Part shown: piece after piece, positions 28,501-36,487 of the stretch
How positions within the stretch are numbered: the first letter of the stretch is position 1
How the letters are laid out: the number at the start of each line of letters is the position of its first letter
DNA from: a virus
Taxonomy: Duplodnaviria > Caudoviricetes
Strand: one strand, 5' to 3'
Virus record (IMG/VR): IMGVR_UViG_3300033273_000282
Span: 64,001-128,000 of that record
DNA length: 64,000 nt
Made by a program: the position numbers and the translations under genes
The notes under the pieces: generated by a model
What the model saw: the letters and a program-made list of their open reading frames with translations, nothing else
What the model was told of the DNA's origin: nothing
Databases searched by the model: none

Positions 28501-30100
28501 TAGTTCTGCTGATCCTGCTACAGCAAACTACATCACTCTTGAAGCAAGAGATGGTGATGCTGAGGAATTGGATCTGGCTCTCAGAATGATCCCCCTGAAC
28601 GGTTCAGGTGGTACTAATCTTGAACTTAGAAGACCATCGATCCTTAGATCTGGTAACCACACATTTGAATATGTTGGTTTCGGTCCTGGTAACTACTCTA
28701 CTGGTCTTCCTTCTGTACAAAATAGAGTTCTCACTGAAGAAGAAGTTCTTCTGGCTCAGTCACAGAAAGAAGAAGGAGGTATTGCTTTCTACTCTGGTCT
28801 GAACTCTAACGGTGACCTGTTCATTGGTAACACTAAGATTAGTTCGGTTACTGGTGAAGAAGAATCACTGGATACACCAGTTCTGAGTGTTGTTGGTGAA
28901 ACTGCTAACCTTCGTCCTACATTTGATGAAATCATCGTCAGGGACAAGATTACAGTTGAATCTAACACTCTGACCACTGAGTTCAAAGGTAAGTTGCTTG
29001 TTCAGAATGAATCTCTGATCAACAATAAACTTACCGTTGCTGACATCACGATCGGTATTACTGGTGAGTCTGCTAAGAACATTGACGTTATCTCTACTCA
29101 GCCAGGTGTATCATCTGCTAATGATGGTGACTGGAAACTGCTCGAACTGCCTGTTCGTGGTGAATATCAGGGTTGGTATTGGACTGGTGGTAACTGGACT
29201 AAGTTCGGTCTGAGTGATACTGGTAACCTCAAGATTACTGGTGGCTCGGGTAACTCTGACGCTACAGGTGATCTCCAGTTTAAGAATGGTTTAGGCATCG
29301 ACATTCAGTCTACTGGTACACTGAATGTCAACAGTGGTGCTACTACTCTTGGTGGTACACTTGCTGTTACTGGTAATGTTACTCTGACCGCTGACCTTGC
29401 TGTCAATGGTGGTGACATTACAACCAATCAGACCACATTTAATCTACTTGACACTACAGTTACCACACTGAGATTAGCACGCGCTGCTACATCTGTGACA
29501 ATCGGTGCTACATCTGGTACTACAACTATCAGAAATAACCTCAACATTAGTGGTGACCTTGATGTTCAGGGTAACCAGATTAAGGTTGGTGGTCAGCAGG
29601 TTCTGTCTGACAATGGCAGTGGTACTACCACACTCCAGAGAATTGATGCTCTGGATGCTACAACTGAGGCAACGATTGAAGCCGCTATCGATACTCTCGG
29701 TAACCTGACTTCTGCCTCATCTTTGAACACTGTTGGTACAATCTCCAGTGGTACATGGGCAGCAACGATCATCAATCGTGCCTATGGTGGTACTGGCATC
29801 AACACATCATCCTTGTCTAATGGTCAACTGCTCATTGGTTCTTCCTCTGGATTTGCCAAAGCAACACTGACACAGGGTAGTGGTATTACTATTACTAACG
29901 CTGCTAATAGTATTACTATTGCTAACGCTGGTGTCAGATCACTTGCTGTTAGCAACTCTGGTAGCAGTATCAGTCTTAACTCTAGCACTGGTGCTCTTAC
30001 ACTCACCATTGGATCTAGTTCTAATGCTTATGGTAACAGAACTATATCTACTTCCTCACCATCTGGCGGTAGCAATGGTGATGTCTGGTATAGATACTAA
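25571..30100 (+). CDS. Large tail fibre / structural protein
   Basis: MALTRLKN..LYVNPDDFDASD...RGNSPNRPFKTIQRALLESARFSY (cyanophage fibre N-terminus); fibre repeats; ends PSGG.NGDVWYRY. Confidence 0.8.
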   Translation: MALTRLKNVFTSKTGRCLYVNPDDFDASDSFENRGNSPNRPFKTIQRALLESARFSYRTGQFNDAFEAFTIVLYPSEYVIDNRPGQNTAGQAFIDDDIPILNSSSNLELQNSDGTPNPNNLLYRFNSTEGGVIVPRGTSLVGMDLRKTKIRPLYVPDPASGSIERAAIFRVTGGCYFWQFSFFDGPPAGVYKDPAQPSASSPPSFSHHKLTCFEYADGRNVQSSKNDTTGNPLTITDLDLYYQKVAKAFDDIPDTTGVISADEFQKRVEENRIVGPNTSGPITISSIVTDFVNQGVYTTTAEVTTTTPHGFSNGTPVQIEGVSGAVADRFNGSYFITEVPTTTTFRYVIKDPNAAAPANNPVATGSTVKVEIDNVDSASPYIFNISLRSTWGTCGMHADGAKSTGFKSMVVAQFTGVSLQKDDNAFIKWDGSAYIAGNHTDGDSIYKPTYRNFHVKCSNDAVIQAVSVFAVGFADHFVALNGGDQSITNSNSNFGSCALRAKGFKTLPFTQDKAGTVTHIIPPKKLSRSYDLINNYTWTLTQNNRTVTPTPLNNNHGLEVNQYIRVGAIDATESYQIETVNTDGSLILNRGYRGTSGSGQSVYAGSIDEIAVGYIALDVQKIKNNSSQQNQTWTSSTNFAAGSSCIYNGNSYYTAAGGTTGAIPPTWTTTPFARSDGGVTWSYIGAVNTRLYIYGYNSEATKPPYKLQGFNLGARINEVLYVSLIDSSGGSSVPKTYSAALTPTGSATVADDDFTSITTQAFVPGDPEHPLQFDTELSTWYIRVTAATSSNSTTGIHYHLGQDTFYTNSLFTGASFLKRIADNRSSRDRTYRLRYVVDSSVLSRDPINGYILQQRNVPSGQGYTGVYYIYDIQKVQELKAGAQNGIYYLTVLDGRITPTDLNLTGFSFSQNVNNLYPTLDKDNPTEDPAAAVSSASNVVIGLVTTTDGGGNADDSRSITKEVMGRWILESKNNYTNFSSADPATANYITLEARDGDAEELDLALRMIPLNGSGGTNLELRRPSILRSGNHTFEYVGFGPGNYSTGLPSVQNRVLTEEEVLLAQSQKEEGGIAFYSGLNSNGDLFIGNTKISSVTGEEESLDTPVLSVVGETANLRPTFDEIIVRDKITVESNTLTTEFKGKLLVQNESLINNKLTVADITIGITGESAKNIDVISTQPGVSSANDGDWKLLELPVRGEYQGWYWTGGNWTKFGLSDTGNLKITGGSGNSDATGDLQFKNGLGIDIQSTGTLNVNSGATTLGGTLAVTGNVTLTADLAVNGGDITTNQTTFNLLDTTVTTLRLARAATSVTIGATSGTTTIRNNLNISGDLDVQGNQIKVGGQQVLSDNGSGTTTLQRIDALDATTEATIEAAIDTLGNLTSASSLNTVGTISSGTWAATIINRAYGGTGINTSSLSNGQLLIGSSSGFAKATLTQGSGITITNAANSITIANAGVRSLAVSNSGSSISLNSSTGALTLTIGSSSNAYGNRTISTSSPSGGSNGDVWYRY

Positions 30101-30116
30101 TAGGTTGAATTAAATC

Positions 30117-31040
30117 ATGTCGATTCCATATGATGCCGCTGCTGCGGCATACTTAAGTAGAGGATTCCATGCTAACGTTAAGAGCGGTGGTTCTTGGCGT
30201 TACGTTGATAAATTATCTGTGCGTTCTGGTGGATCCTGGCGCACAGTTAAACAGGCTTATGTTAAATCTGGTGGGACCTGGCGAAAGTTTTATGATCAGG
30301 AGAATGTATTTACTTTTACTGTAAGTACAGGCGGTGGTACTCAAACCGATGGATTCAACCTTGGTACCTGGCTCACAACCAGTAACTATGTCTCACCTAC
30401 ACTAGGTAGAACATATAATAGTGGTGACAGAATCCGTGGATTGATTACAGTCAATGGCAAGCGTGGTGGCAATCCTGGTATCTACATTGGAGCATATCCA
30501 GCTGGATCTGCTGTTTATATCAGAGTTAATTCTAGTGCTAGAGTGGCAGGATTCGGTGGCAATGGTGGTAATGTAAATAACTCTGGTCAGACTGGTGGCA
30601 CTGCTCTATACACTCGCACAGGTGTATGGATAGAGAACAACGGTCAAGTCTGGGGTGGCGGCGGTGGTGGTCGCGGTGGTAATAATGGTCAGTGCGTTGG
30701 TACTTACTACTACAATTACAACTGCGGTAAGAACTGCTATCGTCAAGGTTCAGGCAATAACTATAACTCTGCCCAAGGTGGCGGAGGTGGCGGTGGCGGT
30801 GGTATTCCTGCTGGAAATGCTGGTAACCGTGCTTCTGCTGGTAGTTACAATTCTGGTGGAAATGGTGGCGGTGGATCAGGATGTGGATCCAATGGTGGTG
30901 GTCGCGGTGGTGACCCAGGAGCCGCAGGATCTGGTGGTAACAGAGGATCAAATGGCAATAGTGGATTCTATGTTGATGGTAACAGCTACATATATTCGTG
31001 GATCGCAACTGGAGACCGTAGAGGTAGGACAACTAACTAA
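30117..31040 (+). CDS. Glycine-rich receptor-binding adhesin (T2/T6 gp38-like)
   Basis: Three V(K/R)SGG(S/T)WR repeats at the N-terminus; poly-Gly motifs; C-terminal G..I.SW...GDRRG. Confidence 0.7.
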   Translation: MSIPYDAAAAAYLSRGFHANVKSGGSWRYVDKLSVRSGGSWRTVKQAYVKSGGTWRKFYDQENVFTFTVSTGGGTQTDGFNLGTWLTTSNYVSPTLGRTYNSGDRIRGLITVNGKRGGNPGIYIGAYPAGSAVYIRVNSSARVAGFGGNGGNVNNSGQTGGTALYTRTGVWIENNGQVWGGGGGGRGGNNGQCVGTYYYNYNCGKNCYRQGSGNNYNSAQGGGGGGGGGIPAGNAGNRASAGSYNSGGNGGGGSGCGSNGGGRGGDPGAAGSGGNRGSNGNSGFYVDGNSYIYSWIATGDRRGRTTN

Positions 31041-31516
31041 TGGCACAATCAGAAGTAAAACAAGAAGCTCAGTTCAAAGTTTATGGAGCTGACTGTGTAA
31101 AGTTCACCGTCGATCGTGTTGACAGTGAAACTGGCAGAGTATATGTCACAATGAAATGTGATGAACTGAAAGAAGAAAGTTATGCGATGGAGGTAGACGC
31201 CTGCTCATTCAATGATGATGAGCCCGTTCGTCTCCAACTCGCTAATGATGTATTCAACTATGTAAAACAGTTGAAGGATCAAGAAAGAGATTTAACTCAG
31301 ACATTGAATGGTTTCAACAATCTGAGAGGACAAGAACAAACAGTAACTGCTAGTGAACTTGAAGTACACCAGTGCGAGATGCATAAACTTCAAGCCAATC
31401 ATTTTGATCCACTCTTGACACAAACGCAGATTACTACCATCTTCCACGAAGATGATTTTGATTTCCAATTTGAACAACTTCAGCAACAACTTGCTGAGAT
31501 GGATGAAGCAGAGTAA
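31040..31516 (+). CDS. Hypothetical protein (possible fibre-tip accessory)
   Basis: 158 aa; translationally coupled to the adhesin. Confidence 0.55.
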   Translation: MAQSEVKQEAQFKVYGADCVKFTVDRVDSETGRVYVTMKCDELKEESYAMEVDACSFNDDEPVRLQLANDVFNYVKQLKDQERDLTQTLNGFNNLRGQEQTVTASELEVHQCEMHKLQANHFDPLLTQTQITTIFHEDDFDFQFEQLQQQLAEMDEAE

Positions 31517-32244
31517 TGTACGATCTTTCCGAAACACAGAGCTACCAAATCGCACAGTATGGATTTGGTAAGGTAATTGAACAGCACGGATTTTCGGTGC
31601 TGAGTTGTGAGAACGCTCGACTTCATAAAAAGATTTTCGGGCATGATCCTGACATACAACAAATCCAACCAGACTTCGATGTCTTGACTGACTGGATTGA
31701 GAAGAATCCAGACGGTAAGGTGGCTGCTGATGAGGAAGTCATGCGGAAGTATTATCATGAAAACCACAGAATGACTGTCCACCACAGGTCACTGGTCTTT
31801 ACAAGTGAGTGGAGATCTGATAGTATTAACGTGCCGTGGTATAGTATTATCTACAAGAAAGGTGCTAGCACTCACATCAAACTTCCTGGTGTAACTCGTC
31901 TAATTTCACAAGAAGCAGGCGGTTCTAGTTTTTGTGCTGGTCCTGATGACTTTACTCAATATGAACGATTTGTACACAAATATGAGACTAATGGTAAGTT
32001 CAGACCAAAAACTTTAGGCTCAATTATTATTCCCAGTGAGGACTGTTTCATTCAGGGAACCCTGATGAAAAAACATTTCGCTTTCAAATGTACAGTGGAC
32101 AGGGAGCAATCCTTGGTTGTAACTAAACCCACCTACATTCTTGAGTTTACAACAAACCCAGTCAATACTCTTCAACTGTGTAGAGATTGGTTCCAACAAT
32201 ACGAAGACGGACTAATTAAAATCGTTGACAGATCTACTTTATGA
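31516..32244 (+). CDS. Hypothetical protein, paralogue A
   Basis: 242 aa; YKKGASTHIKLPGVTRL..FCAGPD. Confidence 0.6.
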   Translation: MYDLSETQSYQIAQYGFGKVIEQHGFSVLSCENARLHKKIFGHDPDIQQIQPDFDVLTDWIEKNPDGKVAADEEVMRKYYHENHRMTVHHRSLVFTSEWRSDSINVPWYSIIYKKGASTHIKLPGVTRLISQEAGGSSFCAGPDDFTQYERFVHKYETNGKFRPKTLGSIIIPSEDCFIQGTLMKKHFAFKCTVDREQSLVVTKPTYILEFTTNPVNTLQLCRDWFQQYEDGLIKIVDRSTL

Positions 32245-32933
32245 TTGAGGCTGGAGTAGCAATTCGTGATTTTGGACATAAATTAACCACACTATTCTAC
32301 AGTGATTGTCCAAAAGGTTTTAAGTTTATTGGTGACGACCCAGAGAATCAAGTAATCAAGATTCCACCAGAGGTTATTCAATACGGTTTAGACATTCGTG
32401 GTCTTACAGGTGATGAGCCTAAGAGACCTGTTAATCAATACTTACATCAATTCTATCTACACAATAGATGTTTGGTGTTCACAAAAGGCATTTGGATGTC
32501 AGAGACAGCAGGCGTTCCTCATGCTTTGGTGTACAAACCAGGCACACATCTCAGTTTTAAGATGGCTGGTATGACACGATTGACCTGCCTAACTGATGGT
32601 GGGGAGTGTATGTGCGTTGGTCCAGATCCTGCTGATCCTGAACTTGGATATTATGACCGCAAGGTACATAAGGTTGATAGTAAGATCGAACTCAACCCAG
32701 AGTCTGATAAGATCGATGTAATCATCGCCACACAACATATGAGGTATGGTGATAAAGAGATCGGTCCTGGTACACCATTTCGTGTCACGAAACCAGATAC
32801 ATTGAGGTTGTTAAAACCTGGATATGTGGTAGAATATTGGCTGGCAGACGTGGATTTCTATCGCACGATGCATGAATACTTTGAGATGTGGGAAAGTGAC
32901 CGCATTACTTTTGTGGAGCGTAGACCAAAATGA
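32241..32933 (+). CDS. Hypothetical protein, paralogue B
   Basis: 230 aa; YKPGTHLSFKMAGMTRL..MCVGPD. Confidence 0.6.
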   Translation: MIEAGVAIRDFGHKLTTLFYSDCPKGFKFIGDDPENQVIKIPPEVIQYGLDIRGLTGDEPKRPVNQYLHQFYLHNRCLVFTKGIWMSETAGVPHALVYKPGTHLSFKMAGMTRLTCLTDGGECMCVGPDPADPELGYYDRKVHKVDSKIELNPESDKIDVIIATQHMRYGDKEIGPGTPFRVTKPDTLRLLKPGYVVEYWLADVDFYRTMHEYFEMWESDRITFVERRPK

Positions 32934-33205
32934 TTCCTCACAAGCACCTGAAAAGAGAACAACTGGAAGAGTTGTATTCTATTCTGGATGATTATGATAG
33001 TGAGCATGAGCTTACTGAATGGTTTAGATATGTTCTGTGTATGAATGATGGAGACTCCACAATTCATGCGTGTTCTGCTCAAGGACTCCACGTTATTCAG
33101 TGGCATCTAGATGAATGGGATGAAGAAGATGAGGAAAACTATAGATTATGGTGGACCGATGACGATGAGCCTGAGTGGGACTTCGACGATGACGAAGAAG
33201 AGTGA
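32930..33205 (+). CDS. Acidic hypothetical protein
   Basis: 91 aa; D/E/W-rich C-terminus. Confidence 0.5.
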   Translation: MIPHKHLKREQLEELYSILDDYDSEHELTEWFRYVLCMNDGDSTIHACSAQGLHVIQWHLDEWDEEDEENYRLWWTDDDEPEWDFDDDEEE

Positions 33206-33258
33206 CAGTTCTCAAACTGGCTGGCATTGTGGCATGAGGTACCAGAATCCGCTATACT
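33201..33258 (+). promoter_or_regulatory. Palindrome + -10 promoter module upstream of the endonuclease/MTase pair
   Basis: GTGACAGTT-CTCA-AACTGGCTG, 29 nt, TATACT(33253-58). Confidence 0.6.
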
Positions 33259-33273
33259 ATGAATGTCAACGAA

Positions 33274-33822
33274 ATGACCCACTGTCCAATGAAAGCATTT
33301 TTCGAGGACGTTCTGACCCTCCCATTCAAGACCAACAGTCAGGACAATCCGCTTCACGAGTTACAGGTGAAGGACCTGCTCGATAAGCATAACATTAAGT
33401 ACGAATGGCAGCCCAATGGTAGCCAGAACTTCCCTGATTTCCGTGTTCATCTTGCTAACGGGAAGACCCTTGATCTAGAATGTAAGTCCTCTCAGCAGGC
33501 ACATCCTACTTACAATGGTGGTCTCCCTCATGAAGGTGCTGTGTATATTTTCAGCAGCAAGAAGTACAATGAGACTACAGTATTCTTTGCGGACGATGTA
33601 GTCTCTCAGTCTAAGCGCAATATGTACAACTCCCTGGTGGCAGATCTTCGCGCTGTTCTCAAGACTTATCAGATGGATGATGAGTGGCAGAATGATGAGC
33701 GTGGATTTGACTTCTACGTTCGTAACATGTACACTCAGTCTGGTGGTAAAGAAAAGACTGACTATTTCACCCACGCTGCCCGCTCTCTCTGCGAATCCAA
33801 TGTTCTCAATCATAACTGGTGA
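33274..33822 (+). CDS. PD-(D/E)XK restriction-endonuclease-like protein
   Basis: QPNGSQNFPDF-x12-ECKSS..YNGGLP; overlaps the MTase; start at 33274 or 33289. Confidence 0.65.
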   Translation: MTHCPMKAFFEDVLTLPFKTNSQDNPLHELQVKDLLDKHNIKYEWQPNGSQNFPDFRVHLANGKTLDLECKSSQQAHPTYNGGLPHEGAVYIFSSKKYNETTVFFADDVVSQSKRNMYNSLVADLRAVLKTYQMDDEWQNDERGFDFYVRNMYTQSGGKEKTDYFTHAARSLCESNVLNHNW

Positions 33823-34678
33823 TTGCCAGGAAAAGTTGAAAGCCTTTGATGACAACTCTTTCCAGTCATGTATCACTGATCCACCATACGGTATGGGTAT
33901 GGAACACTGGGATCATTCTGTCCCCAATGTAGACGTTTGGCGTGAAGTATTTCGTGTGCTTCGCCCTGGTGCGTTCTGTCTTGCCTTCTGTTCTCCTGAG
34001 TTGTATCACCGTCTCGCATGTAATGTTGAGGACGCTGGTTTCAACATCAAAGATCAGATTATGTGGATGACCACCACAAAGATGCCCAAGCCCAATAGAC
34101 TCAAGCCAGCACATGAGCCTATTGTTGTAGCACAGAAGCCCTACACAGGTAGTATCAAATCCTGTATGGAAAAGTGGGGATGTGGTATGATTGACACTGA
34201 GACCACTCGTATCCCATGGGATAAGTTACCTCCGAAAGGTTGGGTAAAGGGTGGTGGTAAGCGTCGTACATTTGGTAAAGATGGAAACACTAAAGGTTCT
34301 GGTGCTGAGTATGGCACTGTGGATGCTAATCCTGCTGGTCGCTATCCCTCAAACATTATTGGGGAAGTAGAGAGTGAGCATCAGAAGTATTTCTATGCTC
34401 CTCGTGCTACTCGTAAAGAGAAAGGTGAGGACAATAATCACCCTACGGTCAAGCCAGTCTCACTGATGGAGTATCTCATTCGTGTCTATTCTCCTGCTGG
34501 TAGTATTGTTCTGGATCCTTTCTGTGGTTCTGGGAGTACAGGTGTCGCGGCACTCAATGTAAATCGTGATTTCTATGGGATCGAGATTGATTCCAATTAT
34601 GCTGCCATCGCTGAGCGGCGGTGTGCGGATGTTAAAGTGGACGATGTGATCATGGTCGCCACGATCCCTGGTGTATAG
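33800..34678 (+). CDS. DNA N4-cytosine/N6-adenine methyltransferase (beta class)
   Basis: GDC..L....SFQSCITDPPYG (motif IV) near the N-terminus; HPTVKP..LM.YLI and VLDPFCGSGSTG (motif I) near the C-terminus. Confidence 0.92.
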   Translation: MFSIITGDCQEKLKAFDDNSFQSCITDPPYGMGMEHWDHSVPNVDVWREVFRVLRPGAFCLAFCSPELYHRLACNVEDAGFNIKDQIMWMTTTKMPKPNRLKPAHEPIVVAQKPYTGSIKSCMEKWGCGMIDTETTRIPWDKLPPKGWVKGGGKRRTFGKDGNTKGSGAEYGTVDANPAGRYPSNIIGEVESEHQKYFYAPRATRKEKGEDNNHPTVKPVSLMEYLIRVYSPAGSIVLDPFCGSGSTGVAALNVNRDFYGIEIDSNYAAIAERRCADVKVDDVIMVATIPGV

Positions 34679-34699
34679 TATTTCTGTTGAGGCAATCCA

Positions 34700-34849
34700 A
34701 TGAATCTCACTAAAGTCGAAGTTCAGGCAATCATCACTGCTCTCCAGTTGATGAACATTCGTGACCAGAACAATCAGGAGAGGATTCATGGTGTAGACTA
34801 CAGCGACATCGCTAAGAAGATGGAAGACTATCTCTATCGCATGTCGTGA
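34700..34849 (+). CDS. Small hypothetical protein
   Basis: MNLTKVEVQAIITALQLM...; TATAGT at 34674-79 upstream. Confidence 0.5.
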   Translation: MNLTKVEVQAIITALQLMNIRDQNNQERIHGVDYSDIAKKMEDYLYRMS

Positions 34850-34892
34850 AGTTACTCTTTGTCGTGAGCGGAGTCTGGACACTCCATAACCT

Positions 34893-35333
34893 ATGTCAGT
34901 TGCCATCTCTTTTTCAGGCTATAATCAGCAGCGGAGACTCACCCGCACTGTCATTGATTGGTTTTGCCCCAGATTTATTGGGAAGCATAACATTGCCATT
35001 GATGTAGTAACTCGTGGCATGTTGCGTGAGGGTAACTATGGATCATGTGCTATCATGGATTCATGCTCACGCCCCCGAGAGTTTGAGATTGAGTTACATG
35101 CTCGTCTCAACAAGTTTGACTATCTCACGACGCTGATTCATGAGTTGATTCATGTCAAGCAGCGTGTAAAGCGTGAGCATGTCACAAAATACGATAAGAA
35201 CTATTGGTTCTCTCGTATGATCCCCGATGAGACATCATATGATGATGAGCCATGGGAGATCGAAGCACATAGAGATGAATCATGGATCACAAAGATCTGT
35301 ATTCACGAACTGGGGCTTGACATCCCCGCCTAA
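34893..35333 (+). CDS. SprT-like zinc metalloprotease-family protein
   Basis: TLIHELIHVKQ (HExxH) and PWEIEA motifs. Confidence 0.7.
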   Translation: MSVAISFSGYNQQRRLTRTVIDWFCPRFIGKHNIAIDVVTRGMLREGNYGSCAIMDSCSRPREFEIELHARLNKFDYLTTLIHELIHVKQRVKREHVTKYDKNYWFSRMIPDETSYDDEPWEIEAHRDESWITKICIHELGLDIPA

Positions 35334-35345
35334 TACTGGTAAAGT
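35317..35345 (+). promoter_or_regulatory. Sigma70-type promoter
   Basis: TTGACA(35317-22)-17-TAAAGT(35340-45). Confidence 0.65.
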
Positions 35346-35405
35346 AGTTAAGTTGCTCAGGCAAGTCTGCCCCCAGCAACACCAAAGCAAATCTGCTAAA
35401 TTAAC

Positions 35406-36410
35406 ATGCCTAACAAAGCACATTTTGTCAACATCTCCAAGATCTCTGGTCCTTCAGTTAATGACTGTCAGGCTCCGATGATTGATGGTCGTAGTTATAG
35501 CGTCCTGCGTCGTGAGTCTCGTACGCTCAGTAGCATCATCACCGAGAATGAGAGTGGACAGACTTACAATGTCTTCCGCGCTACTGGTACTGACCAAGAG
35601 AATCTGAAGCGCATCCGTAATGCCCTTCGCGTCTTTGGTTATAAAGTCGATGAGGACATTCCCTACATCTTTGATGATGGTCAGTTGATCGATGGTTACA
35701 CTCGTTTCGAGGCTATCGAGCAAGAGGGTTATTCTTCCTGGATCTTTAACGTGGTCCAAGCCAAAGAAGGATTCAACCGTGAAGATGTAGCACGAGAGAT
35801 CGGTCTCGGTAAGAACAACCACTGGAACGCATTTAAGGCAGCCACTCTTAACGACTGGCAGAAAGTGATCGCCGCTCGTATTGAAGAGTTGTGTGATAAT
35901 GATGCTGCCAATATGCCCACCGTGGGTCAGATTGTGGATTTCATTAACACCATCGATCACTCCTTTACTCAGAAGAAGGTAGCCACTCTCGCTGAAGAGT
36001 GTATTGCCAAGAAGATGAGTTCTCTCACCATGGAGAGTTTCAGCACTCGTTCTGCTCGTAAGAAAGCAGTATCTATGCTCGCTGAAGAAGGACGTGCCAG
36101 CAAGAATCTTGTGGTGCTGAATGGATCTGGTGACCGTACTTACATCTACCGTACTATCGTAGAGATCATGGAGAAGTTCTACGCTACTGGTGAAGTTCCT
36201 GATCTAGTCTCCTTCCTCCAAGATGTTCCCGCAGAGGAAGCCGAAGACATGCGCCGTGAGATTCGTCAGAAGATGGATCATTTCAACAACATCATCGATG
36301 CTGTTGTTGCTGCTCGCATGGAGCAAGGCGCATCCTTTAAGCTCTTTGATCTTAAGGGATTCCTGCCCCAGGTGATCGGAGTTGAGAAGAACAGCATCAT
36401 CTCGGTGTGA
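35406..36410 (+). CDS. Hypothetical protein with a ParB-N-like domain
   Basis: P.I..DGQLIDGYTRFEAI...Y..W..NVV resembles the ParB/Srx IDG..R core. Confidence 0.5.
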   Translation: MPNKAHFVNISKISGPSVNDCQAPMIDGRSYSVLRRESRTLSSIITENESGQTYNVFRATGTDQENLKRIRNALRVFGYKVDEDIPYIFDDGQLIDGYTRFEAIEQEGYSSWIFNVVQAKEGFNREDVAREIGLGKNNHWNAFKAATLNDWQKVIAARIEELCDNDAANMPTVGQIVDFINTIDHSFTQKKVATLAEECIAKKMSSLTMESFSTRSARKKAVSMLAEEGRASKNLVVLNGSGDRTYIYRTIVEIMEKFYATGEVPDLVSFLQDVPAEEAEDMRREIRQKMDHFNNIIDAVVAARMEQGASFKLFDLKGFLPQVIGVEKNSIISV

Positions 36411-36432
36411 CACTCACCTGAACCGTCCACTG

Positions 36433-36455
36433 ACCCCGCTTCGGCGGGGTTTTTT
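36433..36455 (+). terminator. Intrinsic terminator (UUCG loop)
   Basis: ACCCCGC-TTCG-GCGGGGT-TTTTT. Confidence 0.85.
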
Positions 36456-36487
36456 AGTTTATACTGATTTCATCAACGCAAGACACG

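Noticed and set aside
30538-31032. His/Cys/Arg-rich minus-strand ORF
   Set aside because: Reverse complement of the GGT/GGC glycine runs of the adhesin
25571-31040. Diversity-generating retroelement acting on the fibre or adhesin
   Set aside because: No reverse transcriptase and no template/variable repeat pair seen in this window
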